Part shown: in pieces, positions 13,171-22,795 of the stretch | Numbering within the stretch: position 1 is the first letter of the stretch | Layout: every line of letters begins with the position of its first letter | Assembly: GCA_021414225.1 (NCBI GenBank) | Contig: JAIOOX010000001.1 | Span: 6,624-70,623, forward strand | DNA: 64,000 bases | Direction of reading: 5' to 3' | Source of the DNA: Candidatus Vogelbacteria bacterium | GTDB lineage: Bacteria; Patescibacteriota; Minisyncoccia; Phycocordibacterales; XYD1-FULL-46-19 | Notes under the pieces: model-generated | The model's input: only the letters and a program-made list of their open reading frames with translations | Told to the model about the DNA's origin: nothing | Database searches by the model: none | Made by a program: the position numbers and the translations under genes

Positions 13171-13202
13171 AATAATTATCTTAATATTTGGATTAATAAT
13201 AT

Positions 13203-13697
13203 TTAGTTCGAATCTTTTTTATCAGCTATCTGACCAAGTGTCATCACAAAACTCTGGATCGGCCAATTGATCATATTTACAAATTGACCATACAGAACTT
13301 CACGAGTAGGTACCTTGGCTAGAGCAGTCATGTAGACCGCATCAGCATAATTATTTTCGAACACTCCGCCAACAATCGAAATCTGGGCTGGATTTATTTT
13401 CTGAAATTCATAAACCCCTTTAGCCGCTTCTAATGGGTCTTCACCGTAAGCTACCGCAATCTCACCTGGCAGTTCTGGCATAGAACCATTGATAGCACTG
13501 TTACTGAAACCAATCTTGATTAAGGTTTTCTTAGCTACAAAATAGCCAATCCCCTTATCTCGAAGTGATTTTCGAATCGTAGTTGCAACTCCAACAGGTA
13601 AACCATGAAATTTAACAAAGACGACTGACTTGGCACTGCCAGCCACGTCGCTAAGTTTTTTCACAATTGCTTGTTTTTTGTCTTTAGTAATTGCCAT
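13203..13697 (-). CDS. rplJ: 50S ribosomal protein L10
   Basis: L10 family sequence. Start placed at the internal ATG ([12 protein letters not shown]...). Immediately upstream of rplL. Confidence 0.85.
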   Translation of the reverse strand: MAITKDKKQAIVKKLSDVAGSAKSVVFVKFHGLPVGVATTIRKSLRDKGIGYFVAKKTLIKIGFSNSAINGSMPELPGEIAVAYGEDPLEAAKGVYEFQKINPAQISIVGGVFENNYADAVYMTALAKVPTREVLYGQFVNMINWPIQSFVMTLGQIADKKDSN

Positions 13698-13990
13698 TGT
13701 TTTTGAGTAAAATAAAAAACGGCTCTTCGCCGCCGTCTCGACCGCCACACTGTTTATATCTAAACCACCACACAGTGTAGGGTTATCTTCCAGTGGGCCT
13801 CAGTAGGTCTTATAAATGCCTACTTTCTACGGCTTGGCTAAAAGCTTACCACGCTAAGGAGCTTTGTCAATAATGGAGAGTTAAGATCGCCTCTTTCATA
13901 AGCCCCCACACTATAAACCACCCCCAAACCAAATAGAATTAGTACTAAAAAACCAATTGTCATGCGCCAAAATTTAGGATTAAAATCTAC
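13698..13990 (-). promoter_or_regulatory. Long rplJ 5' leader; candidate L10(L12)4 autoregulatory leader
   Basis: About 300 nt of non-coding sequence precede rplJ. Bacteria commonly place an L10-binding leader here. The region also holds a possible 43-aa TM micro-ORF. Confidence 0.3.
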
Positions 13991-13997
13991 CATATAA

Positions 13998-15410
13998 TTA
14001 TCTACCAATTATATCGTGAATCATCTTAAAACCAAGACTTGGTATATTTTTAAAAGAATCATACCAGCTAGCCGGCTTATCTATTACGATTGAAATAGTT
14101 CCAACCCCAGCCACCTGATTAGAACTGGTAGAGCTCACTATTTTAGTGGGTTCATCCTCAACCGCTATTACTTTTTCTTTTTTAGCTAAAGATGATTGTT
14201 GAGGAGCTAAAGTATTTACTTGATTAGAAATCAAAGCCAACCGGGATTCTATTTCCGCTAGACTAGATACCAAATGATCACTTTGACCTGTTGTTATTAA
14301 TGGGTTTAAAGTAGTCGCCAAGTTTTTATTCTGGGGATCTTTCAAAAAAATATTTTGAGTGGTCGATCCAATCGTAAAACCCAAAATCCCAAAAGCCACT
14401 GGCAGATGACCACCAGGCACAATCAAGGTGTCGGTGGGAAAAACAAAGTCTTGCGAACCATCCCCTATCCTCCAATCACCAATATTAACTTCTCGGTTGG
14501 ATTTATTTTTTAAAATTAAATACCCAGACAAGAAGTCAATTACTTCTATCTCTACTTCTGGTTTAGTGACGACCACCCTAGTTCGCGAAACCGCTTTCTC
14601 GGTACCGGATACAGCGTTGAGAACTATCTCATAAGTACCGGGTAGGGCATAAGCATGTCTCACTGATTTACCTACATAGCTAGTCCCATCCCCAAAACTC
14701 CAAGTAAATGATGGGTTGAAAAAATCACCACCTCTTGTCACCACAGCATCAAAAGACACCAAGTTGCCAACCACACTTATTTGTTCTCGACCGGCGCTGA
14801 CTTCAAATTTTATGGGACTGGCGGTTGAACTAAGGGTCACCGAACTAGAGTGAGCTGAGGATGTCCCCCCACTAGAACTGTTGGTCGCGTTAGAGACTTC
14901 AGCAGTCACTGTGGTAGTCGAGGTGGTCGATGTTTCTTCCTCAGAATCACTGTCTCCATTAGGTAGCGAAACAGTTACTGTTTTTTGGTAAGTTTCCCAA
15001 TCGTTGTTTTCAGGCGACCATGTATCACAAGAAGTTGTTACTTCACTTGGTCGCAAAAAAGTTTTTAACGAGAAAACAGTCTCAGACACTCCATTTAAAC
15101 TAAAATAAAAATTACGATTACTGACCCCGTTTTCGTTTTTAGGGATATTACTTTTTATTTTAGACCCGATCTCAACTTTAGAACTACTGAAGAAAGTTCC
15201 TCCCGCTGAAGATTCTAATTCAAAACAAGTAGTTAACGTTCTAGAATTTAAGGCTCTAACTGTAATTGAGTTTTGCTCAGAAGCACCAATAATACTATTT
15301 CCTTCATCGTTACCCACTAAGACAATATATTCTCCATTAGCTAAAACCAACTTCGGTAAAAATACTAGATTTAAAATCACTAAACCGATTAAACAAAGTT
15401 TATTTGTCAT
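13998..15410 (-). CDS. Secreted protein with PKD and lamin-tail (LTD) domains
   Basis: Signal peptide after the adjusted start (MTNKLCLIGLVILNLVFL). PKD signature FGDGTSYVGKSVRHAYALPGTYEIVL. LTD-like block EVNIGDWRIGDG. Confidence 0.6.
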   Translation of the reverse strand: MTNKLCLIGLVILNLVFLPKLVLANGEYIVLVGNDEGNSIIGASEQNSITVRALNSRTLTTCFELESSAGGTFFSSSKVEIGSKIKSNIPKNENGVSNRNFYFSLNGVSETVFSLKTFLRPSEVTTSCDTWSPENNDWETYQKTVTVSLPNGDSDSEEETSTTSTTTVTAEVSNATNSSSGGTSSAHSSSVTLSSTASPIKFEVSAGREQISVVGNLVSFDAVVTRGGDFFNPSFTWSFGDGTSYVGKSVRHAYALPGTYEIVLNAVSGTEKAVSRTRVVVTKPEVEIEVIDFLSGYLILKNKSNREVNIGDWRIGDGSQDFVFPTDTLIVPGGHLPVAFGILGFTIGSTTQNIFLKDPQNKNLATTLNPLITTGQSDHLVSSLAEIESRLALISNQVNTLAPQQSSLAKKEKVIAVEDEPTKIVSSTSSNQVAGVGTISIVIDKPASWYDSFKNIPSLGFKMIHDIIGR

Positions 15411-15515
15411 CGTTTTAAATATTAAGACTATATCTATAATCTTAATCCTAGCTAAACCGACTGACAAAAATGTTTTCCCCACCCTATCAATACCAAGGAT
15501 AGCCCTCGCTAAAGA

Positions 15516-16556
15516 TTAGTATTTAATCTGATCAACAAGAAGGCCATTGGCATCATACAAGGTAATGGTTTCTCGCTCTTTTGCCCACATCTCCCAGACT
15601 TGACCCAAGTAAACTCGCCACTCCCCTTTGAAAAAATCGTCATCCCCTGAATGGTATTTTAAACAACTTTGGTAGTTGAAATGCTCTTTCAAATAATTTT
15701 TACACAAATTAGAGAAGCCATCGATACCATCGACGTAACTACCTCGGACCACTTCATTACCAATCCTCTTATAGTCCGAAATGTCAGGAGTCCGGCAACG
15801 CCCTAATCTCTGAGTGACATACTTGTAACATTTTTCCGCTAACTGCGGTACGCCAATTTCTTTTCGAGGGTCAGGACAAGTGAGTGGTAAAGACGGCACA
15901 AAATTATAATCAGGTGTCTGTTCAATATAACCAGTACACTTATTGGTTTTAAAGCTACGAGTAATATCAAAATCAGTACGAATTGCAGTAGGGCTACCCG
16001 TTGTCACAATGGCCCTCTCACCAGCCTTGAGAGTAATGGGACCCACCACATCATGGTCTAGCCCCGTAAATAAAACTGAACCGAAAGGAATAGCCACTCG
16101 TTTTGAGACACCTGTCACTATTTCACCATTTTGTTCATAATATCGATTATTAAATCCATTTTCCAAGATCCAACCGGAAATATTAACTTCTCCTTTATTA
16201 TTAGAAGCAGCTTGTAAAGTAATATATTCTTCACTGGAGCGGTAAGACGAACCAGCATTACCCCTCCCTAATTTTATTTTTCCCTTCCAAGGTGAGGTAG
16301 TAGAAAAACTATTATTGGAGTTACCAACACTGTTTGACCCAGACCCGGCAGAACTTTGGTTATTATTATCAATACTAGAACTATTATTTGGGTCAAAGTT
16401 AACTTTTGGTACAGCTATTTGCAACGAAGCTGGTGTTAAAAACAAAGACTCATTGCTCTGTTTTTTACTGATTTGACCACTACCAGTCCACAAAGCAAAC
16501 AAGGCTCCAATAACCAAAAAGAAAAAAAGTAAGTCATTTTGAAAACCTCCAGACAT
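15516..16556 (-). CDS. Secreted lamin-tail-domain (LTD) protein with a Cys-rich C-terminal domain
   Basis: N-terminal signal anchor, an Asn/Ser-rich linker, an LTD-like motif (GEVNISGWILENG), and a C-terminal region with 8 Cys. Confidence 0.5.
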   Translation of the reverse strand: MSGGFQNDLLFFFLVIGALFALWTGSGQISKKQSNESLFLTPASLQIAVPKVNFDPNNSSSIDNNNQSSAGSGSNSVGNSNNSFSTTSPWKGKIKLGRGNAGSSYRSSEEYITLQAASNNKGEVNISGWILENGFNNRYYEQNGEIVTGVSKRVAIPFGSVLFTGLDHDVVGPITLKAGERAIVTTGSPTAIRTDFDITRSFKTNKCTGYIEQTPDYNFVPSLPLTCPDPRKEIGVPQLAEKCYKYVTQRLGRCRTPDISDYKRIGNEVVRGSYVDGIDGFSNLCKNYLKEHFNYQSCLKYHSGDDDFFKGEWRVYLGQVWEMWAKERETITLYDANGLLVDQIKY

Positions 16557-16627
16557 AAGATTATATTAATTGTACTACAAAATTAACCAGTCTGACTATT
16601 GATTAGAGTCTGAAAACAAAAAACTAA

Positions 16628-18133
16628 TTACTGAGCTTTGACTTCAATCTTGTCGCCAGCCACCAAACCCTCAATCACCTCCACTAGACCATTATCACCA
16701 TAGATACCCAATTTGACGGGAGTGGCAACCACTTGGCCGTTAATGTATTTTTTCACAGTTGATACTCCTTTGTCAGTGGTAATAGCATAGACAGGCACAA
16801 CCACTACCTGATCTTTAGAATCAGTGGTAATAGATAAATTAGCGGTCAGACCATTTTTTAAGCGCTCGTCTTTTTCAGTAAAAGAGACTTTGATTTTGTA
16901 GTTAACCACCCCATCGATCAAAGTTTCAGCTGGATCAATATAGAAAACCTCGCCAGAAAAATTTTCACCAGGAAAAGCGTCCAAGGTAATGGTCGACTTC
17001 TGACCTACTTTTATTTTACCAATATTTATCTCCGGAATATTAGCTTCCACTTCGAAGGAATCAGGATTAAGGATGGAGACCAAAACTTCACCAGCAGAAA
17101 CCGATTCACCCACTTTAGCTTCTTGTTTGGTAACGACACCCGAAATAGGTGCCGTTAAAGACAACTTCGAAAGGAGGGCTTGCTTTTCAGCTACCTGAGC
17201 TTCTGCTTGTTTAATCTGAGCACTCTGAGTTGAAACTTGCCCGTTGCTCAACTCCGCCGCACTTAGACGAGCACTATTCCAATCTTGACTAAATGAAGAA
17301 ATATTGGAAATTTTTTCATTAACGCTTGTCCGAGCTGAGGAGATTGTGGATTTATAGTTATTAATAGTCGATAAATAACTATAGTCCCCAGTATCAAAAG
17401 AATTAACTCCTAAAGAAATATCATCTAACAATGTCTGTATCGCTTCTAGTCTATTGCGAGTAATATTGATAGATTTTTCTTTATCTTTTAGAAAATCTGG
17501 ACCATAAATATCTGCTTTCCACTCTTCGAGGATGCGGTCAACCCTTCTCTTGCCAGTTGAAATTTTACTTCTTAAAACGTAATCATTTGTACTCAAGCTA
17601 ACACTCTGACCATTATCATAAAACTGAATTTCAAATGAAGGTGAGGATGAATTGGGATTTTTAAAAAATTGATTTACATAGTTCTTTAAAATATCATCGG
17701 CCGAAAAATAGGCACCACGCAAAGAGTCATCTAAATTTCTCTCCACATCTCCTAAAGATATTTTAGAGTCATTCAGTTTTGCTTTCTGATAATCTAGATT
17801 AGCTTGAGTTGAACTCAACTCCGCATAAGCTTTATTTTTATCCAGACTAACTAAAATCTGACCAACTCCAACAGTGCCACCTACCCGAGGACCAACAAAT
17901 GAAACTAAACCCGTTTGCTCAAAAGCTAGGTCAACATAACTTTCCGCCCTAGTTTCTCCGGCCACCGAGACAGTCTGAGTAATAGGTCCAGCCGACACAG
18001 AATAACTCTCGACTGCATTACTAGTATTTCTTAAAAAGAAAAAGGCTATCAATGCCAGAGCTAAAATGGACAGTCCCCCTATCCACCAGTATCTTTTTCT
18101 TAGTTTAAATTGTTTTTCAAAAATATTTATCAT
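16628..18133 (-). CDS. HlyD-family membrane fusion / periplasmic adaptor protein
   Basis: N-terminal TM anchor, a long coiled-coil, and beta-barrel/lipoyl-like motifs (LTAPISGVVT, ITLDAFPGENFSGEV). Confidence 0.7.
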   Translation of the reverse strand: MINIFEKQFKLRKRYWWIGGLSILALALIAFFFLRNTSNAVESYSVSAGPITQTVSVAGETRAESYVDLAFEQTGLVSFVGPRVGGTVGVGQILVSLDKNKAYAELSSTQANLDYQKAKLNDSKISLGDVERNLDDSLRGAYFSADDILKNYVNQFFKNPNSSSPSFEIQFYDNGQSVSLSTNDYVLRSKISTGKRRVDRILEEWKADIYGPDFLKDKEKSINITRNRLEAIQTLLDDISLGVNSFDTGDYSYLSTINNYKSTISSARTSVNEKISNISSFSQDWNSARLSAAELSNGQVSTQSAQIKQAEAQVAEKQALLSKLSLTAPISGVVTKQEAKVGESVSAGEVLVSILNPDSFEVEANIPEINIGKIKVGQKSTITLDAFPGENFSGEVFYIDPAETLIDGVVNYKIKVSFTEKDERLKNGLTANLSITTDSKDQVVVVPVYAITTDKGVSTVKKYINGQVVATPVKLGIYGDNGLVEVIEGLVAGDKIEVKAQ

Positions 18134-18182
18134 TAGTCAATTGAAGCATACCTAGTTTAAATAATAAAGGCTTTGGTAAAGT

Positions 18183-20177
18183 TTATATTTGTCTAAAAAA
18201 GAATAAGTCCAGGTCTGGAAAAGTTTTAATAGATTTTTCTACGTAAGCGACCACCTCCTGACTCTGTTTAATTTTAGGATTAAGCGCCAAACCACGACTA
18301 GAAAACTCTCTAGCCAAATCAAACTTTCTCATATAAACATAAGCGACGGCTTTCATCCAGTAAGGTTGGGGACTTTGGGGAACTAGTTCTATCGCTTTAT
18401 CTAGAACCTGCTGGGCCTCGACTAGATTGTTATCACCAAATAACATCGAGTAAATTAAAACATCAGCCAAACCTAAATGGGCTCTAAAATTATCCGGATT
18501 ATTTTTTAAGTACTCTCTATACTCATCCTTGATGATCAACAACTCCTGTCTGATACTTTCTACTTTTTTAGGGTTTTCTAAAACCTTAGGATTTTCAGCC
18601 ACCCCTCTCTGGAAATCAGTCATCGTTCTCCATAAAATAGCTTGTTTATCAATTTTCGATCCAAACAAAGCTGGGTAAAGTGGAATTCTTTTGTCTGTAT
18701 CACCCACCATCCTCAACTGCCCATTAGCCACCTGTGAGTTTAGAAAAGGATACAACCCGTAAATTAAAGAAAAAATAGTAAGAATGGTGACCACTCCAGC
18801 AGATAAGTACTGACCCACTAGTCCAAACTGTATTTCTTTATTTTGGTAAGACCAATTTCTGTGGAACAGTACCGCAGCGGACACAAACATAAAACCTAGG
18901 ATTGGATAGGAGATCGAAGTGTCAAAAGCGGTTTGTAGTTCTAATAAATGTAGCGGAAAGTAAACAGCCAAAATCACTGCCAATAATTTATCCTCTTGCT
19001 CTGAGGCGTTTAGAGCCACATAGATCAAAGATAGTAGAGAGACTATGTAGACCAATAAATAGAGGCTCAAGCCCACCAGACCATTGTCCACCAATTGATC
19101 AATAAAGATATTGTGGGCCCGATCAAACCAGGCCTCCCCTCCATATTCATTCTGTAGTAACCGATTATCATAGTTAACCTCAAACACTCTTTCAAAATTA
19201 TCCTGACCAAAACCTAGATAAGGCCTTTGGGAGATGGCTTGCTCAGAAACTGACCACACCAAAGGTCTAGCCGCAGAGGATTGACTCAAGTAAAAATTAC
19301 GGACCAACCCCCCAGAAGACAGCAGAGAGAAAATAAGAAATACTATCCCAATAAACACACCCCCAGCCAAAGTATAACTTAATATTGATCTTAATTTATG
19401 ATCTTTAATTTTAGCTAGCAACCAAACAAAAATTAAACTAACCAGGGATAGGATAACAACGTAGGTGGTCGCTCGGGCTTCGCCAATTATACCGTCAGAA
19501 AAATCGCCTCGCCAAATTTTGCTACTTATAATATAAGGATTTACCAGTAAACTAACTGGTAGTAGATACAGCCACCATTTCTTAACTTTTTCTTTAGCTA
19601 CAAAATAAACAGACAACATAAAAGTAGCAAAAAGATACATCGCCGCGAAACTGGAGTTACCAAAAGTAAAACCGTCGTTTGGATTAGATTTGAACAATAA
19701 ACCTAGACCCTCTGGACCTAATACTGACAAGATGGAGTAGAAACTAGTTGATAAACAAATAATTAAAATAAGCCGGTCATGTTTAGACCGATCATTAACT
19801 ATAACAAGACTCATTAAAACCAAAACAATACCTAGACTGATAAAATACCAAAGCCCAGTCATTCGAGTAATCACCGACCAAAATGAGTTAGATAAACTTA
19901 AACCCAAAAAACCCGATAAACAAACAGATCCCAGATACAAGGTTAAAGATAAAAAGATGGGTGATTTAGCTATAACCAGCTTTCTTTTGCTTGAAAAAAT
20001 AAAACCCAAAAAAACCAAACTAAGCAGTATTGAAAAAATTACTAAATTAACAGATCTAGTGGTTGACCCAGAGTATAAAAAAGAACCGTACAAGATAAAT
20101 GGAAAAGACCCAAAAAACAAATAGATTAAATATTCTATAACCACTAAATACGAGGACTTTTCTTTGTTTATTAGCAT
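18183..20177 (-). CDS. O-antigen ligase-like (Wzy_C) polytopic membrane protein with C-terminal TPR repeats
   Basis: About 12 TM helices with a large loop, and a C-terminal TPR region (LGLADVLIYS..., YWMKAVAYVYM...). Start set at the internal ATG 20177 to avoid a 120-nt overlap with the upstream gene. Confidence 0.6.
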   Translation of the reverse strand: MLINKEKSSYLVVIEYLIYLFFGSFPFILYGSFLYSGSTTRSVNLVIFSILLSLVFLGFIFSSKRKLVIAKSPIFLSLTLYLGSVCLSGFLGLSLSNSFWSVITRMTGLWYFISLGIVLVLMSLVIVNDRSKHDRLILIICLSTSFYSILSVLGPEGLGLLFKSNPNDGFTFGNSSFAAMYLFATFMLSVYFVAKEKVKKWWLYLLPVSLLVNPYIISSKIWRGDFSDGIIGEARATTYVVILSLVSLIFVWLLAKIKDHKLRSILSYTLAGGVFIGIVFLIFSLLSSGGLVRNFYLSQSSAARPLVWSVSEQAISQRPYLGFGQDNFERVFEVNYDNRLLQNEYGGEAWFDRAHNIFIDQLVDNGLVGLSLYLLVYIVSLLSLIYVALNASEQEDKLLAVILAVYFPLHLLELQTAFDTSISYPILGFMFVSAAVLFHRNWSYQNKEIQFGLVGQYLSAGVVTILTIFSLIYGLYPFLNSQVANGQLRMVGDTDKRIPLYPALFGSKIDKQAILWRTMTDFQRGVAENPKVLENPKKVESIRQELLIIKDEYREYLKNNPDNFRAHLGLADVLIYSMLFGDNNLVEAQQVLDKAIELVPQSPQPYWMKAVAYVYMRKFDLAREFSSRGLALNPKIKQSQEVVAYVEKSIKTFPDLDLFFFRQI

Positions 20178-20199
20178 ATGTTTTATTATAAACCACTGT

Positions 20200-20245
20200 T
20201 TGTAAAACAACAAAAAACCGCCCAATCGGGCGGTTTTTTGTTGTT
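20200..20245 (-). terminator. Bidirectional hairpin terminator downstream of the surface protein gene
   Basis: aaaaaaccgcccaatcgggcggtttttt. Confidence 0.6.
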
Positions 20246-20280
20246 TTACAACAATTACAAAGTAACGAACTCTACTATAA

Positions 20281-22257
20281 TTAGTTAAGAGTTGCGTTAA
20301 CCTTAAATGAGTTAAGGTTTGAAGTGTAAGCGTTGTTTGGAGTAGCGTCAGTCTCATCAGTTGTCCAACTAACACCTCCCAATTTAACTTGGAAGTTGCC
20401 ACTAGAACCAGCTGCTGGCAATGAAACGGTTGTAGTCAACTCAAATGTTGCACTTTCACCATCTTCAATTGTCCAAGTACCAGCTGAAGTTACTGTAGGC
20501 TCTACAGTGTCCACGTTAATAATACGAGTTGATACACCACCAACAGTGGCAGTACCATTTCGATCAACGTTAACAGTAGTGTAACCAGCTGTAACACCAG
20601 TAAGTTGTTTATCTGACAGTGATGATACGTAAATAGTATCACCACTTGCAGTTACCTTAAACTTGATGACGAAATCACCAGAGTCGTTATTCGCTACAGC
20701 GTTATCGGCTACAGGTTTAGGAGTAACACTAACCAATGTCAAACTAATACCACTGGTTCGTAATTCTTGAGCTTCACCAGTAGCAGTACCTGATTTCTCT
20801 GAAGAGTCAGAAAGTTGATCACCTTCTTCGTTTTCAACATCCATCAAGTTACGGTTACTTGTAGTAACATCAGCCTTCAAAGTAGCACCGTTTACGAAGA
20901 TTGAGCCGTCAACATCGTTAACATCAGCTAATACTTCGAATTCAACAGTATCACCAGCATCTAAAGCTAGATCAAGGTTGTCGAAAGTTACAGTACCAGC
21001 AAGAGCGGCAGTTACACTCATGGTTTCAGTGTATTCCTTACCATCAATCTTAAGTGTTACTGAACCAGCAATGTCATCAACACCGTTAGCAGAACCACCG
21101 TTAGCAGTAGCTGTGAAAGTTACAGGGAACTCATCAAGAGTTGCATCTGAAGTACCTTCAAGCTTTAGCTTACCCTTAAGCAAAGTAACGTTATCAGTAT
21201 TTGATGAATCATCAACTTCAACGATACCAGCTTCTGGACTGTCTGAGTCAGTAGAGATCTTAAGTTCAGTATCAGCTGAACTTGAGAAACTAACGAAATC
21301 AATAGACACATCCATACCGTCAATATCACCAGTTGAAGTGTCTGTAGTTGAAACACCAGAACCATCAACGAAGCGAATACTGTCAATATCAACTGTCCAA
21401 GAATCACCTCCAATATCACCAGAATCTAGGTTATTAGCAGCATCAACTGAAATGAACAATTGAGCTGTTTTGTCAGCCTTGATTACAGCATTGGAAACAG
21501 AAATAGTTTTTGAGTAAACACTTCCATTTTCAGTGAAGTCATCTACATCAGCTGAGCCGATTTTAGTAGAACCCAACCAAATAGAAACTGAATCAATATA
21601 ATCATCAAGATTATCTGAACCAGATGTACCAGTTGAATCAAAACTTACTTTAACAGCAGTGATAGAAATATCACCGTCGTTAGAAGCCTCTACATCAGCT
21701 CCTAATACTTTAACACCCTCTTCACCATCACCTACCTCTTCACTGTTGTAAGAACCAAGTTCATCAACATCTGAAAGAGTTCCGAATGAACCAGTCAAAG
21801 GACCAGTAGTTGCTGGAGTACCAGGAGTTGCTGGAGTACCAGGAGTACCAGCCATAGCGTTAAGCGCGGTTCGTGAGATAGGACCCACGTAACCAGCTGC
21901 TGGAGAAATACCAGCAGCAGCTTGCCACTTAGCAACAGCTGCTTGGGTCAAAGGACCAAAGTTGCCATAAGCAACACCAGCAGGCATAACCAAGTAACCC
22001 TTAGCAACCAAAACTTTTTGAAGTTCAGTTACATCAGCACCAGTAGAACCGATAGTCAAATTACTAGTAAATTGGTAACCACCAGTAGATGTACCAGTAG
22101 TGGTTGTACCACCTTGTAGCTGAGCAATCATTGCTGTTAACTGAGCAATTTGGGCCTTAAGTGCATCAACATCAACTGTTTGAGCACTAGCAGGAACTGC
22201 TACAGCAACAAGCATGAAAGCGGCAACTGCCAAAGCAGAGATTTTTTTCATACTCAT
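20281..22257 (-). CDS. Large secreted surface protein with two PG_binding_1-like domains and a Ser/Thr/Asp-rich beta-rich region
   Basis: Signal peptide MKKISALAVAAFMLVAVAVPASA. Peptidoglycan-binding-like segments (TELQKVLVAKGYL..., AVAKWQAAAGI). PGTPATPGTPAT repeats. About 500 aa of low-complexity D/S/T-rich sequence. Confidence 0.6.
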   Translation of the reverse strand: MSMKKISALAVAAFMLVAVAVPASAQTVDVDALKAQIAQLTAMIAQLQGGTTTTGTSTGGYQFTSNLTIGSTGADVTELQKVLVAKGYLVMPAGVAYGNFGPLTQAAVAKWQAAAGISPAAGYVGPISRTALNAMAGTPGTPATPGTPATTGPLTGSFGTLSDVDELGSYNSEEVGDGEEGVKVLGADVEASNDGDISITAVKVSFDSTGTSGSDNLDDYIDSVSIWLGSTKIGSADVDDFTENGSVYSKTISVSNAVIKADKTAQLFISVDAANNLDSGDIGGDSWTVDIDSIRFVDGSGVSTTDTSTGDIDGMDVSIDFVSFSSSADTELKISTDSDSPEAGIVEVDDSSNTDNVTLLKGKLKLEGTSDATLDEFPVTFTATANGGSANGVDDIAGSVTLKIDGKEYTETMSVTAALAGTVTFDNLDLALDAGDTVEFEVLADVNDVDGSIFVNGATLKADVTTSNRNLMDVENEEGDQLSDSSEKSGTATGEAQELRTSGISLTLVSVTPKPVADNAVANNDSGDFVIKFKVTASGDTIYVSSLSDKQLTGVTAGYTTVNVDRNGTATVGGVSTRIINVDTVEPTVTSAGTWTIEDGESATFELTTTVSLPAAGSSGNFQVKLGGVSWTTDETDATPNNAYTSNLNSFKVNATLN

Positions 22258-22795
22258 AAATAAATAATATGTGAACTAATAATTTTAATTAACTAATCAA
22301 CCTTTTTATACTTCAAGACTTTACTGATTGTTTCCAATCTCAAATCCCAAAGTACGCACCATCTCAACTTTCGACGGTTTGACATAGTGCAGTTTGATTT
22401 CGATTTTTATTAACCTTGAACTACCTACTCCGCATTATATTAATGGTGCGTTTTGACAGCCAAGGGTTAATAAACAAAAGGGAAGAAATCTGATCGGCAG
22501 ACAGATAGATCGTGACGGAATTTATTTTTAACCTTATTTAATTTTCAAAGTTCAGTCAGCCGGACAACTAGCGACCAGATTACAACGTCAAAGATTATTA
22601 TACTATTGTCCAGCCTCACCCACCAAATTGATGGGCTTAATAATGTGGATAAGTAACAGTATTTTGACTCTGACGATCTCTGGAGGTTGTTTATTTTCCA
22701 CCAGTTCTCAGGCTCTAGTTTAACCTAAAATGGTCAAATAGTCAACGAAAACGTCTCCCTTTGCCCTAGACTTGAACACATGAAAATAATTATTT

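Noticed and set aside
13698-13748. Longer N-terminal extensions suggested by the ORF track. These affect rplJ 13748, rlmH 51985, the O-antigen-ligase-like gene 20402, the 6545-7507 ORF, the PduO-type gene 58987, and the 53358 start of the small ORF upstream of lexA.
   Set aside because: Internal ATGs give proteins that begin at conserved family N-termini or signal peptides. They also avoid overlaps with tRNA-Gly, the upstream gene, or the LexA box.
20978-21463. 161-aa plus-strand ORF antisense to the surface-protein gene (also 21165-21419 and 21922-22119)
   Set aside because: Low-complexity S/V/T-rich translations mirroring the repetitive coding strand. No independent signals.
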